A stretch of DNA of 64,000 nucleotides from Escherichia phage vB_EcoM_LNA4, in the sequence record MZ311864.1, one strand, 5' to 3'. The translations under genes were made by a program, and so were the position numbers. Of this stretch, positions 37,153 to 46,076 are shown in pieces. The first letter of the stretch is position 1; each line of letters begins with the position of its first letter. Below the pieces are notes generated by a model. That model searched no databases. It worked only from the letters and a program-made list of their open reading frames with translations, and was not told the DNA's origin.

Positions 37153-37206
37153 TTATTTCTCCTCTCTGTCTTGATAGGGGTCATTATACAGACCCCTTAT
37201 TCATTG

Positions 37207-37896
37207 TCAAGCAATAATTTTCGGACTTTCGAAAGTGCTTGGCTTCATGATCTTGCCATTGTTGTCGAAGAACACAAGGCGCGGATCTGTCGAGCTAGGG
37301 TCTTTGGCATTATACACCTTATGGCATCTAACACCAGAGTAACGACCATTAGACCTGTCCTCAATTGCTTTGCACTCCAGACGAAGAGCTTCATTATGCT
37401 CTTTATCAGGCCATAGGGCAAGAACATCCTGAAGATACGGATACTTCGTATCGTTAGAGTGTAAAACCTGCTGCATGTTGTAGTCAAGATTAATATCAAG
37501 ACGATAGCACAATGCAGTCACCAGCTTCAGTACATAAACAGGATCTTGCATGTTGCCATACAGGTTGTGTTCAAGATCACCAATGGTAAACGTCAATGTT
37601 GGTGAAGGAGTACAAGCCTCACGAAGATACTCAGGGCTTTTCAACTGACAAGCATATGAGGCCACAACAAAGAGATCACAGGCAGCATCAATAGTTTCAA
37701 TGCGATCTCCAACACGGAGTGCATCAACAAGTTCGTTGAATTCTTCGCGAATAAAGCCCCATTGCAGATCAAATGGTGTTGCTACATTGTTCCGAGCACG
37801 ATATGCAACATGGTTCCATTCAATCACATGCTCCGCGTATGCGTACAGATCTGATGGTTTTGTCATCGCTAAAAGTGTTTCGTAAACCTTACTCAT
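37207..37896 (-). CDS. hypothetical protein, possible MazG-like NTP pyrophosphohydrolase
   Basis: IREEFNELVDAL...ETIDAACDLFVV resembles the EExxE...D motif of all-alpha NTP-PPases; weak. Confidence 0.3.
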   Translation of the reverse strand: MSKVYETLLAMTKPSDLYAYAEHVIEWNHVAYRARNNVATPFDLQWGFIREEFNELVDALRVGDRIETIDAACDLFVVASYACQLKSPEYLREACTPSPTLTFTIGDLEHNLYGNMQDPVYVLKLVTALCYRLDINLDYNMQQVLHSNDTKYPYLQDVLALWPDKEHNEALRLECKAIEDRSNGRYSGVRCHKVYNAKDPSSTDPRLVFFDNNGKIMKPSTFESPKIIA

Positions 37897-37905
37897 TGAT
37901 TCTCC

Positions 37906-38277
37906 TTAATTAATTACATCTGTTGCGTGATCACCTTCCGGTTGGTCACGAATAATTCTTAATGGCAAAAGAGCGCCGTTCTTAGCTACGAACAGGCATT
38001 TGTCGCCATATGTCCCATTCTTGTACCAAGAATAAGAAGTGTTAACCTTGTAGGCCATGCCGTCGAATTGACAGGTCATGGTGTTCCACAACGGTTTGGT
38101 AAGGGCCAGCGTTACCAGGCCCAACACAACAGCCCAAATCAACAGCATACGTTTCACCTTTCCCTGAATCCAGTCAATGAAATCGTCAAGCTTGTCTTTC
38201 CGGAAACGGTAGGCGATATAAATACCGCCCCCGGTTAACAGTGTTGCTCCAAAGAGCGCCAGCCAATACCAGATCAT
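37906..38277 (-). CDS. membrane protein
   Basis: N-terminal hydrophobic helices; 123 aa. Confidence 0.35.
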   Translation of the reverse strand: MIWYWLALFGATLLTGGGIYIAYRFRKDKLDDFIDWIQGKVKRMLLIWAVVLGLVTLALTKPLWNTMTCQFDGMAYKVNTSYSWYKNGTYGDKCLFVAKNGALLPLRIIRDQPEGDHATDVIN

Positions 38278-38723
38278 TATGCACGTACCTCTGTTACCTT
38301 CACGGTTGCTTCACCGCGAAGCTGGATGTTAGAACCATCATCGAGAGTGAGAATGATATCGTCGCCACTGATTTTGTGACCCTTAACGACATAATCTTTA
38401 CCCCACATCTCTACCTTATCGCCCATCACGACATTTTTCGCCTTGTAATCACCAGGCAGGCGATCTTCATCGCTAACCGCTTCGTAAAGGTCGCTAAAAG
38501 CCTGTGGAGACATTGCTGTGAACTGATCGCCCACCTTTACAATGTAATCGCCTGGAAACGCCTGAACGCCGTTAACGTCCATATTTCGGATATCCCGTGT
38601 ATGGATCTCAGAATCTTTCCATACCCCGGTCTCGATCCACTTGGTCACTTGACCAACCCCGGTGCTAGACCCATTGAATACGTGTGCTTCAACCTCTTGA
38701 GGTTTACGACTATAGAATCCCAT
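38277..38723 (-). CDS. hypothetical protein
   Basis: Start at MGFYSRK; TAATG overlap with ligase gene. Confidence 0.35.
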   Translation of the reverse strand: MGFYSRKPQEVEAHVFNGSSTGVGQVTKWIETGVWKDSEIHTRDIRNMDVNGVQAFPGDYIVKVGDQFTAMSPQAFSDLYEAVSDEDRLPGDYKAKNVVMGDKVEMWGKDYVVKGHKISGDDIILTLDDGSNIQLRGEATVKVTEVRA

Positions 38724-40027
38724 TAGTAGACTGGCTCCCATGTTAATGTGTTAAGTTCACGTACACTCTGCCCCACTGGGAACTGAGGTACACCATCATC
38801 AGTACGCGACTGGAATGTAAAGTTGATGAAACCACCAACCAACAGCAACATCTTCGCCTGAGAACGTTCTGCGTGTGTGCCTTTCATTTTACAGTTGAAT
38901 CGTGTTCCGTCCTGTTCTTCGCAAAGCAGAACACCTTCACCATTTTTGTCCTCTACAGAATCAAGGACTTTGGCCTCACCGTCCTGGAACAGCTTCCATT
39001 TCTGGAGATCAGTGGATCGCTGCCCGAACTCATATTTACCTTTGAAGTTTCGGATGATAACACCCTCAAACCCGGCTTCCATGTAATAACCGATAAAGCG
39101 TTTCACAGATGCTTCGTCTTTCACGAACTCGCCATGAACGATAGCAATCTTAGGAACATCAATCTCACATTCTACAGCTTCAGCCACAGCATTAAGATCA
39201 GCCATACGGGTTTGATCATGATCCTGAGAGTGCCAAGGACTGTGTGCATTCACTGGAATATCAAAGATATGATACTCAAGGTCAAGACTCGAATAACCGC
39301 TATAACGATCAACATCCTTCACAGGTTTATACGTTGAAACAGCCCACACGTTACCGTCAAAGTCTTTCCAGAGGTGTTCCCCTGCTGCAACCGCCTTGTT
39401 GTAACGCTTGATATCTGCTTGATAATCTTTTTCGATCTCAGCTTCAATCTGCTCAGGTGTACGCCACTTCTTAGCGAGAGCAACAATCTTCTGTAGACTC
39501 AGGCCATGAATATACAGTTCCCCATCGAACTTGTCAAACCCGGAATGCTCTGCAAGTTCTTTAACCTGTTGCAAAAGAGCACCCTGCACTGGATACGTCT
39601 TATTACCACGGCTATTGAACACTGGAATGCCGTCCTTGTCAAGCGTGACAAGAGCACGAACGCCGTCGAGCTTTGGCTGCACATAGGCAGGATAAACGAT
39701 AGCTGAAAATCGTTTGATCGCATCATGCGCCAGCATAGGAGAGAAGTTCTCTTCCGTCTGCAACTCTTCCTTAGTCTCACGATAACCTAAACGGACTTGC
39801 TTTTCCCATTTGGATCTTGCTTCAAGAACCGCTTGGAATACGGCAGTAGTCTCATTGGAACGGCCAATGTTTTTCATTTCACACTTGGTACGCTTTTGTT
39901 GAATCTTTCCGTTTTCCTTACCGAAAGAAACGACAACCTCATCACCTTCTGTGGTTACATTCCAAACTTGGTACGATCCGTCTTTGTTGAGAGCGTACAG
40001 TGTTGGTGTGTCTAAACTAATTGACAT
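38723..40027 (-). CDS. ATP-dependent DNA ligase
   Basis: Motif I KLDGVRAL, motif III FDGELY, motif IV EGVIIRN; 434 aa. Confidence 0.85.
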   Translation of the reverse strand: MSISLDTPTLYALNKDGSYQVWNVTTEGDEVVVSFGKENGKIQQKRTKCEMKNIGRSNETTAVFQAVLEARSKWEKQVRLGYRETKEELQTEENFSPMLAHDAIKRFSAIVYPAYVQPKLDGVRALVTLDKDGIPVFNSRGNKTYPVQGALLQQVKELAEHSGFDKFDGELYIHGLSLQKIVALAKKWRTPEQIEAEIEKDYQADIKRYNKAVAAGEHLWKDFDGNVWAVSTYKPVKDVDRYSGYSSLDLEYHIFDIPVNAHSPWHSQDHDQTRMADLNAVAEAVECEIDVPKIAIVHGEFVKDEASVKRFIGYYMEAGFEGVIIRNFKGKYEFGQRSTDLQKWKLFQDGEAKVLDSVEDKNGEGVLLCEEQDGTRFNCKMKGTHAERSQAKMLLLVGGFINFTFQSRTDDGVPQFPVGQSVRELNTLTWEPVY

Positions 40028-40803
40028 TATTTCTCCTTCTTCTGTAAAGGCGTTTTTCCTTCAAGGTGGTCTTCAACCATCTTGATTAAACCGGGATTGC
40101 TGAAAGCATCAACAGCACCTGTACGATAAACGATAACACCCGCATCTTCATACATCAACTGCTCATCATAGCGAACACCGGGGTTAACAACCACCACCTT
40201 TGTTCCTCTCATGACAGCAGGGAAAAGTTCCCAGTTGAAGTTGATCACTGTGTTTGAACATCCAACCACAATCACCATATCCTCAGATGTCAAGCTGTCC
40301 AAGGTTGAGTATAGCTGCCCGTATGCAGGCGCAGTTTCACCAAAAAAGATAACGTTAGGCTTACACCAACCATAATCATCTGGGTCAATCTGCTCATAAC
40401 CAACATCAATGATCTTTTTAGGTGATCCAGCCTCAGTCTCAATCACCAACTCTTTCAGATAACCATGAATATAAAGCGTATCTTCTTTAGGAACACCTGC
40501 ACGTTCCAATAGATCATCAACGTTAGTTGTCAAGTTAATAACCTGGTTCGGATAGTTTTTATACCACTCTGCCACACGCATATGTGCAGCATTAGGATGC
40601 ACAGTTTGCAGTTCTGCACGACGCTTGTTATAAAAGGTGTGCGTCTTATGGTAAAAATTACCACGAAAGGCATGAATGTTGCAGACCTCTTCAAGGTCAT
40701 ACTCATCCCACAAGGCCTTACCGGAGTCGGTGTCAGTACGGAATGTACGAACACCGCTCTCAGCAGAGAAACCAGCACCACTAATTACATATAAACGCCT
40801 CAT
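40027..40803 (-). CDS. Sir2-family NAD-dependent deacylase/NAD-utilising enzyme
   Basis: GAGFSAESGVRTFR, TTNVDDLLERAG, IHGYL and VIFFGE sirtuin motifs; no obvious Zn-ribbon Cys4. Confidence 0.75.
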   Translation of the reverse strand: MRRLYVISGAGFSAESGVRTFRTDTDSGKALWDEYDLEEVCNIHAFRGNFYHKTHTFYNKRRAELQTVHPNAAHMRVAEWYKNYPNQVINLTTNVDDLLERAGVPKEDTLYIHGYLKELVIETEAGSPKKIIDVGYEQIDPDDYGWCKPNVIFFGETAPAYGQLYSTLDSLTSEDMVIVVGCSNTVINFNWELFPAVMRGTKVVVVNPGVRYDEQLMYEDAGVIVYRTGAVDAFSNPGLIKMVEDHLEGKTPLQKKEK

Positions 40804-41018
40804 GGATTAACCACCTCGCTAATAGCCCTCATTGCCCCATTATGGCCTTGGCAACGCTCATCAATACCTTTCATGTAGCAAATTTTACTTGCAACACGAT
40901 AGTTAGCGAACTGCCAAGCCTGCCATGCTGCTGTTTTCGCAGCGGGTTCTTCCCACGGGTGGGCGAGAGAGTTCCACCAATTTTCGAACTCAACCCACTG
41001 CATGTTTTCTTTGTTCAT
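40800..41018 (-). CDS. hypothetical protein
   Basis: 72-aa Trp-rich ORF. Confidence 0.35.
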   Translation of the reverse strand: MNKENMQWVEFENWWNSLAHPWEEPAAKTAAWQAWQFANYRVASKICYMKGIDERCQGHNGAMRAISEVVNP

Positions 41019-41024
41019 TATTCC

Positions 41025-41909
41025 TCACTGTAATTTCAATGAGTTACGCAGACGACGCTCTTGAGCATCACGGGTTTCCTGCGGAACGCTGTGAATAGAA
41101 TCATTGCCATGACGGTTCTCTACCACCAAGCTAATGACGCGATACCCATTCTCGGCTGCGAGGTCGAGGTATGGTTTCAGTTCTTTTTCACTGGTAGAGG
41201 TGTTAGACACGATGATCCTACGGAAATTCCAACCCATCATGTCCTTAACTTCTGACTGGCACCATGTGTGTGCCGCCTGAATATTCTCAGGTTTCCAGTC
41301 ATAAACACCATCTTCCGTATAGTGGAATTTATCTGCTTCACAGACAGGCCACAAACCCTCTGACAGCATCTTTCCCGTTGTCATATTACGAGCACCAATC
41401 AGATACGCACCAGGTTGTTCGTGAACTATATGCGGGTCAGAATCATCACAAATTTCAAACATTAAAGTCAAACAAGATTGCCCTACATGTGTCCACATGG
41501 ATGGGTGGTTTGCCTTTTCAACACCACTCAAAATATGAGTTTTTGCAATATCTGCAAATTCGGAATCAAGAGTTCCGGTGGTGGATACTAAAACATCGCC
41601 TTTATAAATTGAGGCCGCTGCCATAAAGCCATTAACTTTACGAGGTACACACACCAACTGGTCTCGTGGAACATCGGTATTATTCTCGAAGCGGTTGAAA
41701 ATCTTCGTGAAAGGCCAGATAACAACGTTGTCTTCTGCATCAACAACCATGCCACGGCACTCCAGAAGACGTGCGTCTGTGTGCCACAGGTTATCCCAGA
41801 ACACATTGTTCTTATATTTCAGAACAGACAGACCCGCGAACGGGCCTTCGGTATAAGTCTTTTTGGTTACAAGCTTTTTAGCAACAAGGTCATCTACGTT
41901 AAATTTCAT
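41025..41909 (-). CDS. hypothetical protein
   Basis: 294-aa ORF; contains RKVNG but motif order does not fit a ligase. Confidence 0.45.
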   Translation of the reverse strand: MKFNVDDLVAKKLVTKKTYTEGPFAGLSVLKYKNNVFWDNLWHTDARLLECRGMVVDAEDNVVIWPFTKIFNRFENNTDVPRDQLVCVPRKVNGFMAAASIYKGDVLVSTTGTLDSEFADIAKTHILSGVEKANHPSMWTHVGQSCLTLMFEICDDSDPHIVHEQPGAYLIGARNMTTGKMLSEGLWPVCEADKFHYTEDGVYDWKPENIQAAHTWCQSEVKDMMGWNFRRIIVSNTSTSEKELKPYLDLAAENGYRVISLVVENRHGNDSIHSVPQETRDAQERRLRNSLKLQ

Positions 41910-41918
41910 TTGTGTCCC

Positions 41919-42095
41919 CTACTTTTTCTTGAAGAATGACTGGATTATACATGCCTCACGGCGGCTGTCAATACTTTGTTCTGGCATTGATGCCGCTGTT
42001 ACAAGTTTAGCAACATCGCGCTTGTCGATGGAGCCATACGCACCAGAATCCATCATGAAGAAAATCTTATCTTGGGTAATTTTATGAACTTTCAT
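41919..42095 (-). CDS. hypothetical protein (58 aa)
   Basis: Hand translation MKVHKITQDKIFF...; AGAGAGGA RBS. Confidence 0.3.
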   Translation of the reverse strand: MKVHKITQDKIFFMMDSGAYGSIDKRDVAKLVTAASMPEQSIDSRREACIIQSFFKKK

Positions 42096-42113
42096 AAGTC
42101 CTCTCTTAGGTAA

Positions 42114-42468
42114 TTAACTACGCTTTTCGTAACCTTCTGCCTGATAGTAGGTAGTATTGTGCGGCGTTTCAATGCTAAAACTGATCTGGCAGAGTTCTTG
42201 GGCTAAGAATGTACCAAGTTCTACAGCCATGTCAAGGATTTCATGCTCAGGTCGCTCAAAGCGAGGATATTGCATGATCCGGACAGTCATACCGTCCTCA
42301 ACACCCCCGGTATACACGTAGGTACACGGGGAGATCTGCACACAAGCGCCCTTCATTACCCACTGGCGGCACAGGTTTTCAGCCTGATTGTAGTTCCCAG
42401 CGATGTGAATTGTTGCATAGAACGACTTAGAAGTCTTCTTTGGTAAAAAGTTACGTTTCTTATTGTGC
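42114..42468 (-). CDS. hypothetical protein
   Basis: Start at MHNKKRNF, TAATATG junction with phosphoesterase stop. Confidence 0.35.
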
Positions 42469-42474
42469 ATATTA

Positions 42475-43071
42475 TTATCCGTGATCAGCAGTGTAAATTG
42501 GTTTAGCAAGGCACATCAGAACAGCTTCACGCATCGTCAAAGGACGACCATGCACATCCCAACCCACATCAAGAATACGTCCACCAGGGGCCGTGTAGGA
42601 GCCGTGGCTGTGACCGTGCAGCATTACCGACCCGTGGTGAGCTTTATTCCATGATGCAAACGGATAGTGGGACATACACACCTTCACCTTTTCTTTCCCG
42701 GTGCTGAACTCAATTTCCTTATAGTCCACGACTTCATGACCAAACTCACGGAAGATACGTTTTGTCTGATGGTTGTCATGATTACCACCAACCAGAATGA
42801 TCTTCCCATTGATACGGCTCAGGATATCACGAACTTTTGGCTCAACTTGCTTACCATAGGCAATAACGAAATCACCAAGGTGTGCCACCACATCGTCAGG
42901 CTTGACGTTTTTGTTCCACGTCTTAACCATGTCATCGTTCATTTTGACAACGGAGGCTGAGTCTTCTTTCGGACCATACAGGTTCTTACGGAACTTATCA
43001 CACGATGGGAAACCAAGAATGTTGGTGTGCCACCAGTGAGTGTCTGACGTGACGTGATCAATTTGAATCAT
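42475..43071 (-). CDS. calcineurin-like metallophosphoesterase (Ser/Thr phosphatase-like)
   Basis: GDFVIAYG, GGNHD and GHSHG metal-binding motifs. Confidence 0.7.
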   Translation of the reverse strand: MIQIDHVTSDTHWWHTNILGFPSCDKFRKNLYGPKEDSASVVKMNDDMVKTWNKNVKPDDVVAHLGDFVIAYGKQVEPKVRDILSRINGKIILVGGNHDNHQTKRIFREFGHEVVDYKEIEFSTGKEKVKVCMSHYPFASWNKAHHGSVMLHGHSHGSYTAPGGRILDVGWDVHGRPLTMREAVLMCLAKPIYTADHG

Positions 43072-43352
43072 TTCTTTTTCCTTTTTGTTGTTTTCTTATA
43101 CAAACCTAAAGCCGCATTCTCTTTAGCGCAGGTGAGGACCTTTTCGATCTTGCGACGATCAACCTCCGGCATATTAAGCTCCCACCAACCCATCCAATAG
43201 ATCTGGTCTTTGGTCAGGGGTTCTGCCATAGGATCTTCTTCTTGTGCATTAAGCCTTGCGATGGCCTCTTTTATCACAGACACATCTGTTGTAAAAACAA
43301 ACGCTTCTGTATCGAACTTGTCTTTAACTGGCTTCTTAATATCTTTTTTCAT
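43068..43352 (-). CDS. hypothetical protein
   Basis: 94-aa ORF. Confidence 0.35.
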   Translation of the reverse strand: MKKDIKKPVKDKFDTEAFVFTTDVSVIKEAIARLNAQEEDPMAEPLTKDQIYWMGWWELNMPEVDRRKIEKVLTCAKENAALGLYKKTTKRKKK

Positions 43353-43639
43353 TTTATCTCCGTAGCCGGGTAAGCATAGAGGATTCCGTCACGAATGTTA
43401 CGGTTGTGCTGCCACACAATTAGCTTCATGCACACCAAATTAACTACATGACGATCACCATGAATGTAGACACTGGAGTCCATCCATGTCTTACCCCAGC
43501 CAACACGACTGTCTAGATACAGCTTAACACCATATCTCTTCTCCGCTGCACTCATAATCTCCAAGAGGGCTTCATAAGCCTCTTTGTAGATTGAGTTATC
43601 GCAGGTAATGCTCTTCATATCCAAATTAACCCTCCACAA
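43349..43639 (-). CDS. hypothetical protein
   Basis: 96-aa ORF. Confidence 0.35.
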   Translation of the reverse strand: MWRVNLDMKSITCDNSIYKEAYEALLEIMSAAEKRYGVKLYLDSRVGWGKTWMDSSVYIHGDRHVVNLVCMKLIVWQHNRNIRDGILYAYPATEIK

Positions 43640-43735
43640 TAGCCCTCAGAGCCTCTGAGCGGCCCTGTATTGAATTAAATGGGTGTAGGGAACCCAAGTG
43701 TACCACCACACCATTAAAACCTCTTAAAACGCCTC

Positions 43736-44080
43736 TCAGAGCGTTATACGAATCTCACTGAGATCCACCACACAATTATTACTCTCGATATGTTCCACTG
43801 TCAAGTCCTTATACCACACAACAGTGACATTTCTTCGTCTTAGACGACTACGTAATGACGTGAGGTAGTCTCCGAACACTTCCTGTTCAGACTTACCATC
43901 TGGTAAAACTACACACACATTTTGTTCTCTCATTGATTCATGAAACACATCACGAATCAACATGAGTCTTGACTTCTCCTCGTCAGTCTGTTCAGCTTTA
44001 CGACGAGGTTTACCACTCACAGTCTTCGACTGACCACACACCATATCACCAATATCTTTTGTTTGTTTACTTGACAACAT
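43736..44080 (-). CDS. hypothetical protein (first gene of leftward unit)
   Basis: Start at MLSSKQ with AAGGAGA RBS. Confidence 0.4.
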   Translation of the reverse strand: MLSSKQTKDIGDMVCGQSKTVSGKPRRKAEQTDEEKSRLMLIRDVFHESMREQNVCVVLPDGKSEQEVFGDYLTSLRSRLRRRNVTVVWYKDLTVEHIESNNCVVDLSEIRITL

Positions 44081-44149
44081 TACAATCTCCTTTAACAATA
44101 CGAGCATTCTACATGAACAAAATCTGAAGTCAACCCCTTGACAGCACAT

Positions 44150-44358
44150 TCCTGTTCATTCATACTGCGGTTCATCAAGTGAACGACTCTTTGATAGTAG
44201 AACATATAGATCATGCTAAAAGATCTTGTTTTTAGATCTTATGTTTTATTGTTTTTATAAAAGAGTATTGTTTTATTTATTTTATATAGTATTTATTTCT
44301 GTTATCAATTTGAGACTAGGCTTAGTGTCAATTTGAGACTAAGCTATGGAGGAGAGAC
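44150..44358. promoter_or_regulatory. AT-rich divergent control region with direct repeats and palindrome
   Basis: Strand switch; palindrome AAGATCTTGTTTTTAGATCTT; two copies of TCAATTTGAGACTA(G/A)GCT 23 bp apart just upstream of first plus-strand gene. Confidence 0.55.
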
Positions 44359-44676
44359 ATGGGGTACATCGCGTCAGGTAAGCACATCTACGGTAACTTC
44401 GAACTGAAGTTGCTGTCGGTGACCTGCGCCTCGTCCAACGACAAGATTGTGTACCTCTACATGCGTCATCAGTATCACTACTTCAAGTCTCTCCGGAAAA
44501 CGTACCATGAGTCGCTTGACAGTATTGCTGATGCCACAGGATTATCGAGGGCAACTGTTGCCAGGTGTGTGAGCAACCTTGAAAAGATAAAGTGGTTGAC
44601 AAAGGACACAACACGCACCAATATGGGCCACAACAAAACGATTTACGAAATTCACAATTGGACAGAGGAGAAATAA
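44359..44676 (+). CDS. helix-turn-helix DNA-binding protein
   Basis: SIADATGLSRATVARCVSNLE HTH segment; GGAGGA RBS. Confidence 0.5.
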   Translation: MGYIASGKHIYGNFELKLLSVTCASSNDKIVYLYMRHQYHYFKSLRKTYHESLDSIADATGLSRATVARCVSNLEKIKWLTKDTTRTNMGHNKTIYEIHNWTEEK

Positions 44677-44677
44677 A

Positions 44678-45490
44678 ATGAGTATTGAATTACGTTTGAA
44701 CAAACTGGTTGTTCCTGTAGACCACTTCACCTTTAAGGGTGGTGAGGAACAGGTCAAAATTGACCTAAAACACGCACCAAAAGGCGGTATTGGTTTCGTA
44801 GATATCACTGCCAAAATCAAAAATTCAACTGATGTCATGGCACTGGCTATGTTGGTGGATGCGTGTTCCCGTTTGGAAGGATTGCATAACCACGCAGAGT
44901 TCACCCTGCACCTTCCATACATCCCGTATGCACGTCAAGACCGTGTAATGAACCCAGGTGAAGCGTTATCTATTAAGGTTTTCGCAAACATTGTCAACTC
45001 GCTTGGTTTCGACACGGTTATCGTTGATGACCCGCACAGCGATGTCTCTGCTGCACTGCTCAATAACGTCCGTATCCGTGGTCAGGATGTTCTTATTTCC
45101 GAGATGAAAGATCTTGGCAACTCCACATTGCATAGCAACTCTTTGGTTGTGGTAGCACCTGATGCGGGTGCTCGCAAGAAAGCCCATAAGGTTGCTGACC
45201 GATTCAGTCTTCCTCTTGTTGAGGCTGGTAAAGTACGTGATTTGCAGACCAACGAAATCACTGGTACTGCGGTGTTCGGAGATGTTGAAGGTAAAGTGTG
45301 TATGATTGTTGATGATATCTGCGACGGTGGTCGTACATTCATCGCCCTTGCACAGGCCCTGAAAGAAAACGGTGCGAAACGTGTTATCCTGTACGTTACT
45401 CACGGTATCTTTTCTTTCGGTAAACAGGTCATCCTCGATGGTGGGGTTGATGAAATCTATGCGTATCATGACTGGACGGAGAATTTTTAA
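44678..45490 (+). CDS. prs: ribose-phosphate pyrophosphokinase-family protein (Prs-like)
   Basis: YARQDR, DDPHSD and PRPP-binding loop VDDICDGGRT motifs; 270 aa. Confidence 0.75.
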   Translation: MSIELRLNKLVVPVDHFTFKGGEEQVKIDLKHAPKGGIGFVDITAKIKNSTDVMALAMLVDACSRLEGLHNHAEFTLHLPYIPYARQDRVMNPGEALSIKVFANIVNSLGFDTVIVDDPHSDVSAALLNNVRIRGQDVLISEMKDLGNSTLHSNSLVVVAPDAGARKKAHKVADRFSLPLVEAGKVRDLQTNEITGTAVFGDVEGKVCMIVDDICDGGRTFIALAQALKENGAKRVILYVTHGIFSFGKQVILDGGVDEIYAYHDWTENF

Positions 45491-46023
45491 TGACTGAATC
45501 AACAAGTTTTATTTTTGTTGTCGATACAGATTCCTATGCTGGTAATTTTGAGCGTGACATGTGCGCTCATATCACCGGGCAGATTGGTGAATGCGGTGTT
45601 GGTGCAGAGTACCGCCCCGATATTGAAGACCTAAAAGAAGACCATTACGATTTTGATCTCGAAAAAATCTGTGAGTGGTTAGAAAATAATGTTCTCCAGG
45701 TTCCAGATGAACACGCCTGCTATCGCCCATGTGCGATTTACCCAACACCGGGGCGTACAAACAACGGCGGTGGTGTGCATTCTGATGTGACCGCAAATAA
45801 TCCATTCAAGTGGCCTGCATACGAAAGTGTAGCTATCTACATCCGTGAAGAACCACCTGAAGATGTGGTACGTTTCATGGTCATCCGTGCTAACACTTTC
45901 TATATTCGTGCGACCAAGTGGTCACCAGCAAAAGAAATCAAGGTAAAAGGTTGCAGATTGGTTAAAGAAACGACAACTGTGAAAACAGAATCGAAATCTT
46001 TAGACTTTTCACTTGACATCTAA
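45490..46023 (+). CDS. hypothetical protein within NAD operon
   Basis: 177-aa ORF with ATGA overlap to Prs-like gene; Cys/His-containing, no recognisable motif. Confidence 0.5.
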   Translation: MTESTSFIFVVDTDSYAGNFERDMCAHITGQIGECGVGAEYRPDIEDLKEDHYDFDLEKICEWLENNVLQVPDEHACYRPCAIYPTPGRTNNGGGVHSDVTANNPFKWPAYESVAIYIREEPPEDVVRFMVIRANTFYIRATKWSPAKEIKVKGCRLVKETTTVKTESKSLDFSLDI

Positions 46024-46076
46024 ACCAAACGGGGTGTAGAATCACCCCATCAAAACACACAAAGGAGAAACAAAAC

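Noticed and set aside
41025-41909. Possible RNA ligase call based on RKVNG (KxNG-like motif I)
   Set aside because: Other ligase motifs are not found in the required order; left as hypothetical.
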